Shown here: positions 1 to 13,295 of the stretch, piece after piece
Position numbering within the stretch: the stretch's first letter is position 1
Layout of the letters: every line of letters begins with the position of its first letter
Source: Squalus acanthias
Lineage: Eukaryota
DNA length: 64,000 nucleotides
NCBI GenBank assembly: GCA_030390025.1
Contig: CM059432.1
Coordinates: 54,872,001-54,936,000, forward strand
Direction of reading: 5' to 3'
Program-made: the position numbers and the translations under genes
The notes under the pieces: model-generated
Database searches by the model: none
The model's input: the letters and a program-made list of their open reading frames with translations, nothing else
What the model was told of the DNA's origin: nothing

Positions 1-154
1 CGCTTGGGACGTCTGGTGGTCGTGAAAGATGTTATATAAATTCAAGTCTGTCTTTCTCTCTGGTAATTTCCAGAAACAGCCGGCGGGCTGGATAGAATCA
101 TTCCACAGGCTGAATCCAGCCCACAGGCCATATCTTGCCCACCTCTGATCTACA

Positions 155-486
155 GGATACACTGCAGCAACTCGCCAAGGCTTCTTCAACAGTACCTCCC
201 AAACCCGTGACCTCTACCACCTAGAAGGACAAGGGCTACAGACGCATGGGAACACCATCACCTCCAAGTTCCCCTCCAAGTCACACACCATCCTGACTTG
301 GAAATATATCGCCATTCCTTCATTGTCACTGGGTCAAAATCCTGAAACTATGGGAATACCTTCACCACATGGACTGCAGTGGTTCAAGAAGGCAGCTCAC
401 CACCACCTTCTCGAGGGCAATTAGGGATGAACAGTAAATGTTGACCTTGCCAGCGATGCCGACATCCCATGAACAAATAAAAAAAA
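155..486 (+). mobile_element. 3' fragment of the second CR1/L2-group LINE family
   Basis: Closely similar to 36360-36700; ends ...catcccatgaacaaataaaaaaaa. Confidence 0.8.
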
Positions 487-509
487 CCTCTGTTCTCTTT
501 CCTACTCTA

Positions 510-960
510 TTCCTTTAATGACCTCCTCCTCCACTTCTCACCAGCCCTATCCACTCTTTGCTGATGATTCCACTGTACATTCAGTAACATTCTTAAAATT
601 GTACATCCTTATTGCTCACAACCTCCATTTCTCTCTGTAGTGGTTGAATATCAGTTTCTTGGTCTCTCCCATCCCCTTCTCTGAAGCAATGAAATCTAAT
701 TTCTTTCAATTCTGCAGCCACAGTTTCTTCACGTCTTGCAAGTTTAACCAATAGACACCATCTCTAACTGATGGCTTCACCCATAATCCTCCTTAATCTA
801 TCAGCATTCTTCGCTTCATTATCTACATTGAAATCCCACATCCCTATTTCTGAAGCTGTTTCCTTTGTCATACCAAACATTTTCTCCTCATACCTCTTAA
901 CTATCTATGAAGCCCAAGTCTGTCCAAGACTTGAATATTACTCCTATATCTAGGAGGCTG
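510..960 (+). mobile_element. Old degraded CR1-group LINE RT fragment
   Basis: ORF 771-953 ends LLTIYEAQVCPRLEYYSYI, resembling the CR1-group motif LTIYKAQVRPxLEY. Confidence 0.5.
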
Positions 961-1129
961 TTCTAAAGCCTCTTGTCACACTTCCTTCAGTTGAATGTTA
1001 GTAAGATCGAAGCCATTCTCTGTAGCTCCTGTCAGCACTCCATGCCTATGATCGCAATTTCACCAACCTCCCTGGCTGCTATCTTGCGCTGAGCCAGAAA
1101 TGCCGTAACCCTGCTACTACTCGGCCCTG

Positions 1130-1715
1130 CACTCTGCTTCCTCCCCTCTTCCATTCTTTACTAAACGGTCTGCTTCAACCTCAAAGTTTGACCGCCTCTG
1201 CCCAATCTCTCCCTTTCTGCTGCCGAAACCCTACTCTGCCTTCATCACCCCAAGCTTGATTTCTTCAAAGTCAACCTAAGTGGCCATTCCACATCAACCC
1301 TACACAAGCATAAGTTCCATACTGCTGTCACCCCTATACTTTCCAAGCTCCCTGTGCCCCAGCAAATTGATTTGAAAATTCTCATCTTTGTTTCAAATCA
1401 CTCCAAGGCTTTGTCTCACCCTACCTTAATGATCTTCTACCTTACAGCCTTGCATGGACCCATCAATCCTCTAACACTGGATTTCTCATCCCTTCTTCCA
1501 CATCACCATTGGCAGTCTCTTGTTCAAATTGAACTTTGAATTCTCTACCCACTTTCCTCCACTTTGCCATCTCCCTCCCTAATTTAAAACTCTCCTGGAA
1601 ACCCTCCTCCTCATCCTAGCCTCTCCATTTATGTGCCCTTTCTCCACATTCAGCCACGGTATCCCAATCATCCTTATTGTAACTCTGAGATGTCCTCTGC
1701 ATGTGAGAAGTGCAT
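1130..1715 (+). mobile_element. Old L2 LINE 3' fragment
   Basis: Degenerate similarity to the L2 copies at 40.7-41.6 kb and 56.4-57.1 kb (ttgatttgaaaattctcatctttgtttcaaatc). Confidence 0.55.
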
Positions 1716-2596
1716 CATTGCGCACACAGCATTCCTCTTCCCAAAAACCTCACTTTTGAAATAGAGATCATTGCACAGTCTTCTACTGTAACTCATTCCT
1801 TCCCCAAACCAGAACTCCTTACTACTTATTTCTCATTGTAGTACAGTCTTAAAGTTTTTTAAACTCTGGCTTCGTGTCATCTAGTCACGACTTTCTAACT
1901 TTTACTTTTTTCAACTGTAGTCCTTGTTCTATTGGCTTTGGTTCCTTCAAATTACTTCTCAGTATAAACATTTTTAAAACTACTGTATTTGTTTCAACAT
2001 GCAACAGTTAGGCAATCTGAAGTTTGTTAATCACATATATCCATACTATTTCACTCGTATGTAATCATAGTGTAAGTGAAGTTGCTTAAATTGAAAATTA
2101 TATCTATACTGCATAACTTAGGGCCTTTAGCTTCATATTCCCGCCAAAACTAATTTTCACATTTAGCTGCTGTTAGTGAGGTGCTCTGTTTGTTTAGAAT
2201 GAGGAGGGTGATGAGATCAATCTAGCCCCATAGATGTGTGCCTTCCGAAAGCTGATCCCAATGTTCTTATCATTGGCTGTTGCCATTTTTGTGACACAGA
2301 CTGCCCTGTGTGTGCAACTGAAGCAGGAAAGCATACTGGCAGTAGTTGATTATCTAAAAGAACAAGGAGGAAAATCCATTGTATAAATCTCCTCTTCATG
2401 CAGGTTTTTATAACTTGCCAGCCTAGATGTTTAGCCTGTGTACCAGTATGAGCTATTAATTGCTAACCACCATAAAAGTTGCAGTAATTTTTAGAGTTTG
2501 TGGTTTTAGTTTAAATTATCAGTGTTAAAGGGGTTAATTTTTGAAAACTTCAAATTTTAAAAAGGTACTAACTGCAGTCTATTCATCTTATTGAAG

Positions 2597-2696
2597 GTGG
2601 AGTAACTATTTTTGTGGCCTTATACGATTACGAAGCAAGAACAACAGAAGATCTGTCTTTCAAAAAGGGTGAGAGATTCCAGATCATAAACAATAC
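2597..2696 (+). CDS. YES1: YES1 tyrosine kinase, SH3 exon (human exon 3 equivalent)
   Basis: aag|GT...AC|gtaagt; 100 bp; encodes [33 protein letters not shown], matching Yes rather than Src or Fyn. Confidence 0.96.
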
Positions 2697-2945
2697 GTAA
2701 GTATTTTGGACTTTTGGAGATGGCTGATATTTTATAAGCTTTCTGTAGTTTATTATTACATCTGAAATGGTTTTTTTCCTGCGCAGGTTTAATAAAATGT
2801 TTTTTAGAAGCTTAGGATAATCAACTCAAAAAGATTAAGCACTATGCTACACTAAAGCTATGTCACTTATAACATCCCCATCATTGGTTTCCATTGTGTG
2901 AATTGAAAAACGTTGATGAAATCGCCACACTGAAAGACCCTAATC

Positions 2946-3718
2946 CAGGAGCACTCAAACTTTTCGTAGTCACACTACCAAAAGAAGTTCCATAGCATCT
3001 CAAGTCCCACTAGTTATGCATCTTGATATTGGTAAATTAATTAATTTCTTTAGGTACTGATAGCAATTACAGTATATGAGTGGAGGGAAACTAAAAACAA
3101 AAAATGAAAATCTTACTTATTGAAATATTGTAGGATTCATAAGATTTTATAATTAGAATTTTATCTGATTGACAGATTGCCTTCATTTTCATTCATGTAT
3201 ATCTCACCCAGAGCACCAGTCTAACCATTTGCAACTACACACATTTCCACACATAATCTGAAACGGCATCATTTTGATTGAAATTTGCATTATGCAAATA
3301 TACATGGAACTTTTACGGTCTGAATATATTTAACTGAATTTCTTTCAAATGCAGTGAGCTTCCTAAGAAAGCTATTCTACAGATCTGGTTTAAATGTTAA
3401 CAATTTGGGCTATTCATTAATGGTCATTCTAGAAAAGGCATTACGCTTTTAAGAGGTGATGTGCTGTTGGGATTGCACTGCTTTGCTAGCGTGCATCATA
3501 TTTTGAATAGGGCTTAGTGGAAGAGTATGACTACTACACACTATACTTAAATTGTTTAGAAACTGACCAATATTCATCTATGCACTATGGCAAGTAGAAT
3601 CTCATGGATTTTTTTTTACCGCTTCTTCGTTTATTTTTTCCTGCCCACTTGCTGTGCTCCACCTGGACACTCCTAGCAACTCAACAGTGAGCTATGCCTT
3701 AAAGTTTGAGAACTACTG
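2946..3718. mobile_element. Old non-autonomous hAT (Charlie-like) element
   Basis: Imperfect TIRs caggagcactcaaacttt / aaagtttgagaactactg; 8-bp flanks ccctaatc / acctaaac match at 6 of 8 positions. Confidence 0.5.
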
Positions 3719-4019
3719 ACCTAAACTATACTGCAACTACCATGATTTGAATAGTTCTGTCAAACAATTGCAGCATCTGTGAGGCATAGCAACTTCATCT
3801 TTTTTATATGATCCATGAATTTGAGTGAATATATACAGTAGACATATCAATAAAAGTGATCACTTTTCACCAGTATTTCAGGCTTCACACTTTTTCTTTT
3901 TATTGAATCTGTTCCAATTTCCTGAAGTACCTCTTTGCTCAGAAGCATTTTAAAGCTTCTTGTATTTTAACACTTTGTAGAATTCGGAGAAAACAATGCT
4001 GCTGGCAAAATGCTGTGTG

Positions 4020-4336
4020 TGCTGCATTGTTGGAGGTGCCATTTTTAGATCAGGTGTTAAATCAAGGCCCGGTCTGCCTGTTTAGCTGGACACCATAGCA
4101 CTATTTTGAGGAAGAACAGAAAATTCTCTAGTGCCCGAGCCAGCATTCACCCCTCAATTAACACCGCCAAAAAACAGATTGTGATCATTCATCTTATTGC
4201 TGTGTCCAAATTGGCTGCTGCGATTTCTATAAAAACAACAGTGATTACATGTCGTAAAGTAATTTGTTGGGTGCAGAATATTTTGAGACAACCCTAGGAC
4301 ATGAAAGGTGCTATATAAATGCATGTTCTCTTCTTT
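4020..4336 (+). mobile_element. DeuSINE-like SINE, 5'-truncated
   Basis: Reverse complement resembles the SINEs at 31.4 kb and 56.0 kb; L2-like tail aaaggtgctatataaatgca...ttctttct. Confidence 0.6.
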
Positions 4337-4493
4337 CTTAAAACATTTTTTGACATGATTTCAAAATCCAGTTTAATACTTCAGTTCTTTTCTGAATAGT
4401 GTTTAATGTGAAATGTATTGCAATATCCCTGAATGACCAACTGTATGGCCAGTTAGAGAGTTTGGTATATTTATTGCTCTTGTGATGTTGCAG

Positions 4494-4592
4494 GGAAGGC
4501 GACTGGTGGGAAGCCCGATCTATCACTACAGGAAAGAAAGGTTACATTCCCAGCAACTATGTGGCTCCTGCTGACTCCATCCAAGCAGAAGA
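4494..4592 (+). CDS. YES1: YES1 SH3 second exon (exon 4 equivalent)
   Basis: cag|G...GA|gtaag; 99 bp; [33 protein letters not shown]. Confidence 0.96.
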
Positions 4593-5344
4593 GTAAGACC
4601 TTGTTCTGTGTTTCAAGTTTTTCAGGAAGTTTGATGCAGGTGTCTGAAATTTCACCATTTGATGTCTGCTGCTAGCTGTTTAATTTTTTTTTAAATGCGT
4701 ATCTTAACATGTTTATTAGGAATGAGGTTGGCAGATGACTCCAGATTTTTCATTAGTTACCCAGTATGATGGGTCCTTGCAGCTGTTGCTTCCTAGCATG
4801 TCTCATGCTATTGATTTGTGATCAGTTTTCATTTTTCCACTTCTAAAATGCTTTTAATTATAGGAGCCTAAAGTAACCCAATGGTTTTATAAATAAACAT
4901 AGTACATATTCCTCCTTATCCTATAGTTGCAGTGAGATCTGGTGCTGCATTCAGGGTTTAATATGGCAAGTTCACGTGGGTAGATTATAGTAGATCTCGT
5001 GGAAGGGCTCTACTTGAAAGCAATGATCAATCAGAAGGGCATGGAAGGAGTTGGTTATGTGTGTGTGTACATGTACATTTTTATTCTAAAGTGATGCTTG
5101 GGAACACTACCTTAAATGGAACTGTGAGACCTTGATTACAGTTCCAGGGAGAGCGTTTGCTGTGTGTATTGGGAGATTGTGTTTGAGCCACTATGCAACT
5201 ATGCTGGCATGTATGTCCAAAGGAGTGCCTCCAGTTTACACAGGCACTTCTTTGGTGTAGTTCAAACTCTTAAATACTTGATTCAGTGTTTGTTATTTAT
5301 TGTCCAAAGTTTGCTGAACTTGCCTGAAGTGAATTAAGTTGTCA

Positions 5345-5740
5345 GCTGGCAGCAATCTCTCTTCTGGTTCAGAAGGTTCCGGGTTCAAATTCCATTCTAG
5401 GATTTTCACATAATTTAAGATGGCACTTCAGTCTAATACTGAGTGACTGCTGCATTGTCACTGCTGTTCAAATGAGACATGAGGGAAATTAGATTGTCTG
5501 CCTGTTCAGGTGGTCATGATGCGGAGATGCCGGTGTTGGACTGGGGTGGACAAAAATGAGAAGTCGCACAACACCAGGTTATAGTCCAACAGTTTTATTT
5601 GAAATCAGGTGGGCATTGTAGATTCCATGGCACTATCCAAAGAGCAGGGAGTTTGTCCAATGGTTTAGCTAACACTCATCCTTCAGTCATCACCAAAAAC
5701 ATATCTGGTCATTCATCTCATTGCTGTTTGTGGAAATTTG
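5345..5740 (+). mobile_element. tRNA-derived DeuSINE-like SINE interrupted by a Penelope tail
   Basis: B-box-like ggttcaaat; body similar to the other SINE copies; insertion at 5518-5604. Confidence 0.55.
5518..5604 (-). mobile_element. 87-bp Penelope 3'-end insertion (family A)
   Basis: Near-identical to 60457-60543; flanked by a 12-bp TSD tcaggtggtcat / tcaggtgggcat. Confidence 0.85.
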
Positions 5741-5744
5741 TTTG

Positions 5745-6375
5745 GTTCGGCCTCATTTAGAATACTTTGTCCAGTTTTGGTTCCTTCACATGGGTGATAT
5801 AGAGGTTCAAAAGAGGGCCACTAGATTGATCAAAGTAGTTTAACCCCTCTAAATTATCACCATAGGCTAAGCGAGCTGGCTGTTTTTACTATAGAAAAAC
5901 ATAGACTTTGGGGAGATTTTATTGAGGTATTGAAAATAATGAAGAGACTAGACAGTGTCCATGTGAATGGACTATTTGAATTAGATAGATTAGGGAGAGC
6001 GAGAGGGTATGTGTATAAGTTACATAAACATGGAATGAGGTTACATGTCAGGAGGTTGTTTTCTGCAGAGGGTCATTGACCTTTGGAACATGTAGGCTTG
6101 TGAAGTGAGTGCTGATTCAAGGGAAATGGACCAGTTTCTGGCTAAGACTAGTATCACTACGTACAAAAAATAGGTGGGATATTGGCTGTCTCATGGTCAC
6201 CGTGGTCTCATGGTACTCCTTTTGATTGCCTTCGGGGGTCGGAGAGGAATTTCCCAGAACACTCTTGTGCTGGTGGGTGGGAAGCATTGGGAGTTATGAT
6301 GCATAGCTGCAGCATGACTGTGAGACAGGTTCTGTGGACCAGCCAGCTGGTCTTTTCCATCACTTTTGCATTTAA
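5745..6375 (+). mobile_element. Old CR1 LINE 3' fragment
   Basis: Decayed LVRPHLEYxVQFW...QKRATRLI coding motifs followed by a 3' UTR. Confidence 0.7.
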
Positions 6376-6391
6376 ATTGACTGCTGTGTTT

Positions 6392-8365
6392 GAAACATAG
6401 AAACATAGAAAATAGGTACAGGAGTAGACCATTCGGTCCTTCGAGCCTGCACCGCCATTCAATGCGTTCATGGCTGAACATGCTACCTCAGTACCCCATT
6501 CCTGCTTTCTCGCCATACCCCTTGATCCCTTTAGTTGTGAGTGTTATATCTAACTCCCTTTTGAATATATTTAGCGAACTGGCCTCAACAACCTTCTGTG
6601 GAAGAGAATTCCATAGATTCACCACTCTCTGGGTGAAGAAGTTCCTCCTCAGCTCAGTCCTAAATGGCTTCCCTTAATCCTTAGACTGTGACCCTGGTTC
6701 TAGTTTTCCCTACCATTGGGAACATTCTGCCCGCATCTAATTTGTCTAAACCAGTCAGGATTTTAAATGTCTCTATAAGATCCCCCCTCATTCTTCTGAA
6801 CTCCAGAGGATACAAGTTCAGTTGACCCAATCTTTCTTGATATGTCAGTCCGGCCATCCCAGGAATCAATCTAGTGAACCTTCGCTGCACTCCCTCAATA
6901 GCAAGAATGTCCTTCCTTAAGTTAGGAGACCAAAACTGCGCACAATACTCCAGGTGTGGCCTCACCAAGGCTGTACAACTGTAGCATCACCTCCCTACTC
7001 CTGTACTCAAATCCCCTTGCTATGAAGGCCATCATTCCGTTTGCTTTCTTGACTGCCTGCTGCACTTGCATTCCCACTTCAGTGACTGATGTACCATGAC
7101 GCCCAGGTCTCGTTGCACGTCCCTTTCCCTAATCTGCCACCATTCAGGTAATAGTCCGCCTCTCTATTTTTACCACCAAAGTGGATAACCTACATTTATC
7201 CACATTGTACTTCATCTGCCATACATTTGCCCATTCACCCAACTGTCCAAGTCACTCTGTAGCCACCTAGCATCCTCCTCATTGTTCACACTGCCTCCCA
7301 TTTAGTGTCATCCGCAAATTTGGAGATATTACATTTAATCCCTTCGTCCAAATCATTAATATATAATGTAAACAGCTGGGGTCCCAGCACCGAACCCTGC
7401 GGTACCCGCTGGTCACTGCCTGCCATTCTGAAAAGTACCCATTTACTCCTACTCTTTGTTTCCTGTGTGCCAACCAGTTCTCAATCACGTCAACACATTA
7501 CCCCCAATCCCATGTGCTTTAACTTTGCTCACCAATCTCTTGTGTGGACCTTGTCGAAGGCTTCTGAAAGTCCAAATACACCACATCTACTGGTTCCCCC
7601 CTGTCCACCCTATTGGAAACATCCTCAAAAAATTCCAGAAGATTTGTCAAGCATGATTTCCCTTTCACAAATCCATGCTGACTTGGACCTATCATGTCGC
7701 CACTTTCCAAATGGTCTGTTATGACATCTTTAATAATTGCTTCCATCATTTTACCCACGACCGATGTCAGGCTGACCGGTCTATAATTCCCTGCTTTCTC
7801 CCTCCTCCTTTTTTAAAAAGAGGGGTTACATTGGCCACCCTCCACTCCATCGGAACAATCCAGAGTCTAGGGAATGTTGGAAAATGATCGTCAATGCATC
7901 CACTATTTCCAAGGCCACCTCCTTAAGTACTCTGGGATGCAGACCATCAGGCCCCGGGGATTTTTCAGCCTTCAGTCCCATCAATTTCCCCAATACCTTT
8001 TCCCGACTAATAAGGATTTCCCTCAGCTCCTCCCTCTTACCAGATCCTCTGACCCTTTTATTTCCGGCAGGTTGTGTGTGTCCTCCACAGTAAACACCGA
8101 ACCAAAGTACTTGTTCAATTGATCTGCCATTTCCTTGTTCCCCATTACGACTTCCCCTGTTTCCGACTGCAGGGGACTACGTTTGTTTTTACTAACCTCT
8201 TTCTTTTTACATATTTATAGAAGCTTTTGCAGTCCATTTTAATGTTCTCTGCAAGCTTCTTTCATATTTTATTTTCCCTGCCCTAATCAAACCCTTCGTC
8301 CTCCTCTGCTGAGTTTTGAAGTTCTCCCAGTCCCCGGGTTTGCTGCTACTTCTGGCCAATTTGTA
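6392..8365 (-). mobile_element. CR1 (HER1-like) LINE, 5'-truncated, frameshifted ORF2
   Basis: RT ORFs 7519-7758 and 6681-6968 ([30 protein letters not shown]); gaaacata tail repeats. Confidence 0.93.
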
Positions 8366-8369
8366 CTTA

Positions 8370-8700
8370 CCTTTCTTTAAAGTATTTTAAAATGATAAAT
8401 CAGTGGGGAAAAATTTTTTTTTTACTTTATTAAACTATTAGCCTGCTAAAAGCAGGCCTTGCGCCTGCTTTTCTAGGCGCAGCTGTTCCCGACTTACCTG
8501 GACTCAAGCCAGTGTGGGAAAAAAACAGAAGTTTTTAACGTAAGGGCTGCCTATCCGGCGCAGGCATTCGTCCAGTCAAGCCCTTTCTGCAGAGAACGGA
8601 AGTGCCGATTTGCAGTGCATGCGTAAAACCGGCACTTCCGTTGGCCCTACGGGTGAGTACACAGCGCGTACCCACCCGTAGGGAACGGAATTTCTAGGCC
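8370..8700 (-). mobile_element. Partial PIF/Harbinger-type non-autonomous element
   Basis: Reverse complement resembles the 5' halves of 14469-15168 and 23072-23813; terminus gaatttctaggcc. Confidence 0.6.
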
Positions 8701-9229
8701 GTAATATAAAATACAATTTATTTTTCTTAGTAGATAAGTTATTATATCAGATTGGTTAGTATTTTAATTGGCACTATCTGGTCACCAGTTCTTTCTATAC
8801 CCATACGTAAATATCAAATGGTTCTGTCTTCACTCTAATATCTCAGTCATAATTGGGCTACTTCAAACAGACACGCAAGGCAGCAACAAAAAAACTTTTT
8901 ATTATTGGATAAGCTTTTCTACTAGTCTCTACCTCGACACTTCCAGGTAAAACTAGTACTTTCTCCCCACATTAGAAACTATTATTTTCTGGCCTCCAGA
9001 CTGCATTAACTCCTACCCCATTTTACACACATAGCATTACACTCTAAGTCCACTAATATTGTCATTAAGCCCTCATTCAGTTTTTGTTTCTGTAGTCTGT
9101 GCTTAACAGAAACAAAACCGGAAGATACTGAATTCTTCTTCCTGAAAGGGGGAGGAGCCGACTGTCAGTCCTTCCAAGGGCTAGTGACTAATTGCTTTGG
9201 GTAGATTCATATCTAGGCATTAATTACAC

Positions 9230-10420
9230 TAATGAATCTAGTTGGGGTGACTCCCTGGACAAAAGGTTCCTTCCCTCCAGTTTTTCACTCGCACTTGTTG
9301 ATGTAGCACACATTAAATAGCACTTGACTTATGCTACGCAGAGCCTTCTGCCATGCTTGTTTTGCTTCAACCACACTGGCCACGTCGGGCTTCAACAAGC
9401 TGAAAAGGTTTTTGGCTGGCACTTTTGGGGGGGGGGGGGGGGGGGGGTGGAAATAATTCAGTGGGAGAATGGCCCATTAGAGTTCAGGATGTCTCTGTGC
9501 ATCAGTAGAAAGCTTACCAACTGCTGCATTAACAATTTAATATTCCTCTCATCAGAATGTAGTATTTGTTTAAAGAGTGTTTGTTTAAATGTTTGCAAAT
9601 CCTTCCAAAACCCCATTTGGGGTATGGGAAGACAAAATTATCTTGGAATTCCATTTAGTTTCATAAAGTTACCAAATTCTGCAGCAGTGAAGTGTGGTTC
9701 ATTGTCCAAGGTTACTTCCTCAGGTCTGTTGTATAAGAAGTAAATACATTCCAAACTATTTAGTTGCCTGGGATGTGGGAAAAACCTCCAGCCATTTTGA
9801 ATGGCTATCCACCAAACTGGAAGGGCTACTAATCCTGCTGTGCAAAATCTGTTAATCCCCTTCTTTCCTTCCCTCTTTTTTCCGCTCCCCCCGCCCCGTT
9901 AAAAACTGGCCATATGCATAGTGCAGACTGCCAGGAACTCTTCACCTGCTACATACTGAATTAGTTGTGGGGTCTTTGTGTGTTTGCACATTTGTGCTAC
10001 AGGTCCAGTTTTTGATCATATATGGCATTTTATGTCCTAAATTTAAAATTCTGGGAAGCACTTCCCATGACAGTAACAGCTTTATTCAATTTATTTCACA
10101 TCCAAAGATACTGTGGTACCCATTTCTCTCATTGAGTTATAGCTCCTGCTGCAGCAGGTGTGTCCAATTTTGCAACCTTAGCTGGTTGGTTGTGAGCTCA
10201 GCCTTGCAGAACTTGGCTTTATAATTGCAGTGTTGGTGCAAATGAAACCGCTTTGCACAGACATCATGGTGTAAATGCACCTTTAGACTCTCCGACATTT
10301 CTGAAGTCTTGAGTTCTTTTTCAATAGTTCTCACTTCAGTTTTGCAATTCTAATCCCTCATTCCTTTGATTTTGCACTCACCCGAGACTGGTTTCTTGAT
10401 TTTATCACCAGTTCTCGTCC
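9230..10420 (-). mobile_element. Highly decayed Ty3/Gypsy internal region (gag and integrase remnants)
   Basis: Minus strand 9745-9570 reads RPEEVTLDNEPHFTAAEFGNFMKLNGI...LQTFKQTL (integrase core, cf. PEEIVSDNGPQF); ORF 10137-10334 LKVHL...AKRFHLH resembles Gypsy gag. Confidence 0.6.
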
Positions 10421-10645
10421 TCTTGTGACTGGTTCATTTGGTCAAGCTACTTTGTAAAATTGTTAATAAAAATTGCAACAAAAAAAAAATCAAATTTCAA
10501 TTTTCTTTCTGTCCTCACTTTCAGGCTTGTATCATGATTTTCCTGTTTTTTAGATCCATGTTTGGTTAGAAAGTGTAAGTAAGTGTATGTCAACATTGTT
10601 AAGTCAGCGTTGCTCAATGAAAGTGCTCTTTGATTCCTTCTATGA

Positions 10646-10792
<147 letters not shown>

Positions 10793-10849
10793 TAAATAAT
10801 CCAGAAGCCTTACAATTATACAGGAGCTTTTGTAAAGAAAATGGTGAAT

Positions 10850-13293
10850 ATATCAGGAAATTAGTGGAGCATATAACTAGGATAATGCAATAATACTGGG
10901 GGACTTTAATCTTCATATAGACTGGTCAAATCAAATTGGCAAAAGTAGCTTGGAGGACGAGTTCATGGAATGTATTCGAGATAGTTTTCTAGAACAATAT
11001 GTCGACGAACCAACTAGGAGACAGGCTATTTTAGATCTTGTATTGTGTAATGAGACAGGGTTACTTAGTAATCTTATAGTAAAGGATTCTCAGGGGAAGA
11101 GTAGTCGTAATATGATAGAATTTCATATTAAGTTTGAGAGTGATATGGTTAAGCCCGAAACTAGGGTCTTAAATTTAAACAAAACCAATTACGGAGATAT
11201 GAGGGGCGAGTTGGCTGAGGTAGATTGGGAAATTAGATTAAAAGATATGACTGTAGATAAGCAATGGCAAACATTTAAAGAAATAATTCATAATTCTCAA
11301 TGAATATACATTCCCTTGAGGAATAAAAACTCCACTGGAAAAGTGGTATAACCATAGCTAACTAGAGAAGTTAAGGATAGTATTAGATTAAAAGAAGAAG
11401 CGTACAATGTTGCCAAAAAGAGTAGTAAGCCTGAGGATTTGGGAGGGTTTTAAAAATCAGCAAAGAATGACCAAGGTATTAGAGGGAGAAAATAGAATAC
11501 GAAAGTAAACTAGCAAGAAATATAAAAACAGATTGTAAGAGCTACTACAAGTATGTAAAAAGAAAGAGATTGACAAAATTAAATGTGGGTCCCTTAGGGG
11601 CAGAGGAAATTATAATGGTGAATAAGGAAATGGCAGAGACGTTAAACAGATATTTTGTGTCTGTCTTCACAGTAGAGACACAAAGAACATACTGGAAATT
11701 GTGGGGAACCAAGCATCTAATAAGAGTGAGGAACTTAAAGTAATTAATATTAGTAAAGAAAAGGTACTGGAGAAATTAATGGGACTAAAAGCCAACAAAT
11801 CCCCTGGACCAGATGGCCTACACCCTAGGGTTTTAAAAGAGGTGGCTGCAGAGATAGTGGATGCAATGGTTTTGATCTTCCAAAATTCCCTAGATTCTAG
11901 AACAGTCCTCATGAATTGGAAGGTAGCAAATGTAAATGTTCAAGAAAGGATGGAGAGAGAAAACGGGGAACTATAGGTCAGTTATCCTGACATCAGTAGT
12001 AGGAAAAATGCTGGAATCTATTATTAAGGACATGGAAAATCACAATATGGTTAGGCAGAGTCAACATGTTTTTATGAAAGGGAAAGCATGTTTGACAAAT
12101 CAATTAAGAGTTTTTTGGGGTGTAACTAACAGGGTAGATAAAGGTGAACCAGTTGATGTAATATATTTGGATTTTCAGAAGATATTCGATAACGTGCCGC
12201 ACAAGATTAGGGCTCATGGAATTGGGGGTAATATATTAGCATGGATTGAGGATTGATTAATGGAGAGAAAAAAGAGTGGAAATAAACAGGTCATTTTCGG
12301 GATGGCAGGGTGTAACTAGTGGAGTGCCGCAAGGATCCATGCTTGAGCCTCAGCTATTTACAATCTATATCAATGATTTAGATGAGGGGGCCAAGTGTAA
12401 TATATCCAGGTTTGCTGACAATACAAAGCTAGGTGAGAAAGAGGACGCAAAAAGGCTGCAAAGGGATATAGACAGGTTAAGTGATTGGTCAAGAAGTTGG
12501 CAGATGGAATATAATGTGGGGAAGTGTGAAATTATCCACTTTGGTAGGAAGAATGGAAAAGCAGAATATTTTTTCAAAGGTGAGAGACTAGTAAATTTTG
12601 GTATGCAGAGGGTCTGGGGTCCTTGTACACAAATCACAAAGTTAACATGCAGGTACAGCAAGCAATTAGGAAGGCAAATGGTATGTTAGCCTTTATTGCA
12701 AGGGGGTTGGAGTATAAGAGTAAGGAAGTCTTGCTGCAATTATATAGGGCACCTGGAGTACTGTGTACAGTTTTGTTCTCCTTACCGAAGGAAGGGGGTG
12801 CAGCACAGGTTCACTAGATTGATTCCTGGGATGAAAGAGCTGTCCTATGAGGAGAGATTGAGTAGAATGGGCCTATAATCTCTGGAGTTTAGAAGAATGA
12901 GAGGTGATCTCATTGAAACATATGAAATTATTAGAGGGCTCGACAGGGTAGATGCTGAGAGGCTCTTTCCTTTGGCTGGAGAGTAGAACTAGGGGTCATA
13001 GTCTCAGGATAAGGGGTCGGCCATTTAGGACTGAGATGAGGAGAAATTTCTTCACTCAGAGGATTGTGAATCTTTGGAATTCTCTACCCCAGAGGGCTGT
13101 GGATGCTCAGTCGATGAATATATACAAGACTGAGATCAATAGATTGTTAGGCACTAAGGGAATCAAGGGATATGGGGATAGGGTGGGAAAGTGGAGTAGA
13201 TGTAAAAGTTCAGCCATGGTCTTGTTGAATGGCAGAGCAGGCTTGATGGGCTGTATGGCCTACTCCTGCTCCTATTTCTTCTGTTCTTGTATG
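10850..13293 (+). mobile_element. CR1 (HER1-like) LINE covering the APE C-terminus, RT and 3' UTR; disrupted
   Basis: ILGDFNLHIDW endonuclease motif, SPGPDGLHPRVLKE, GVPQGSMLEP and FADNTKL ORF pieces; CR1 tail. Confidence 0.93.
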
Positions 13294-13295
13294 TA

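Noticed and set aside
2697..4493. Neuronal SH3 micro-exon like N1-Src
   Set aside because: No convincing short AG...GT exon with a matching peptide was seen; the intron is largely a hAT remnant and a SINE
9427..9447. 21-nt G homopolymer as a functional G-quadruplex
   Set aside because: A simple run inside a decayed Gypsy; its length is unreliable in assemblies and there is no other support
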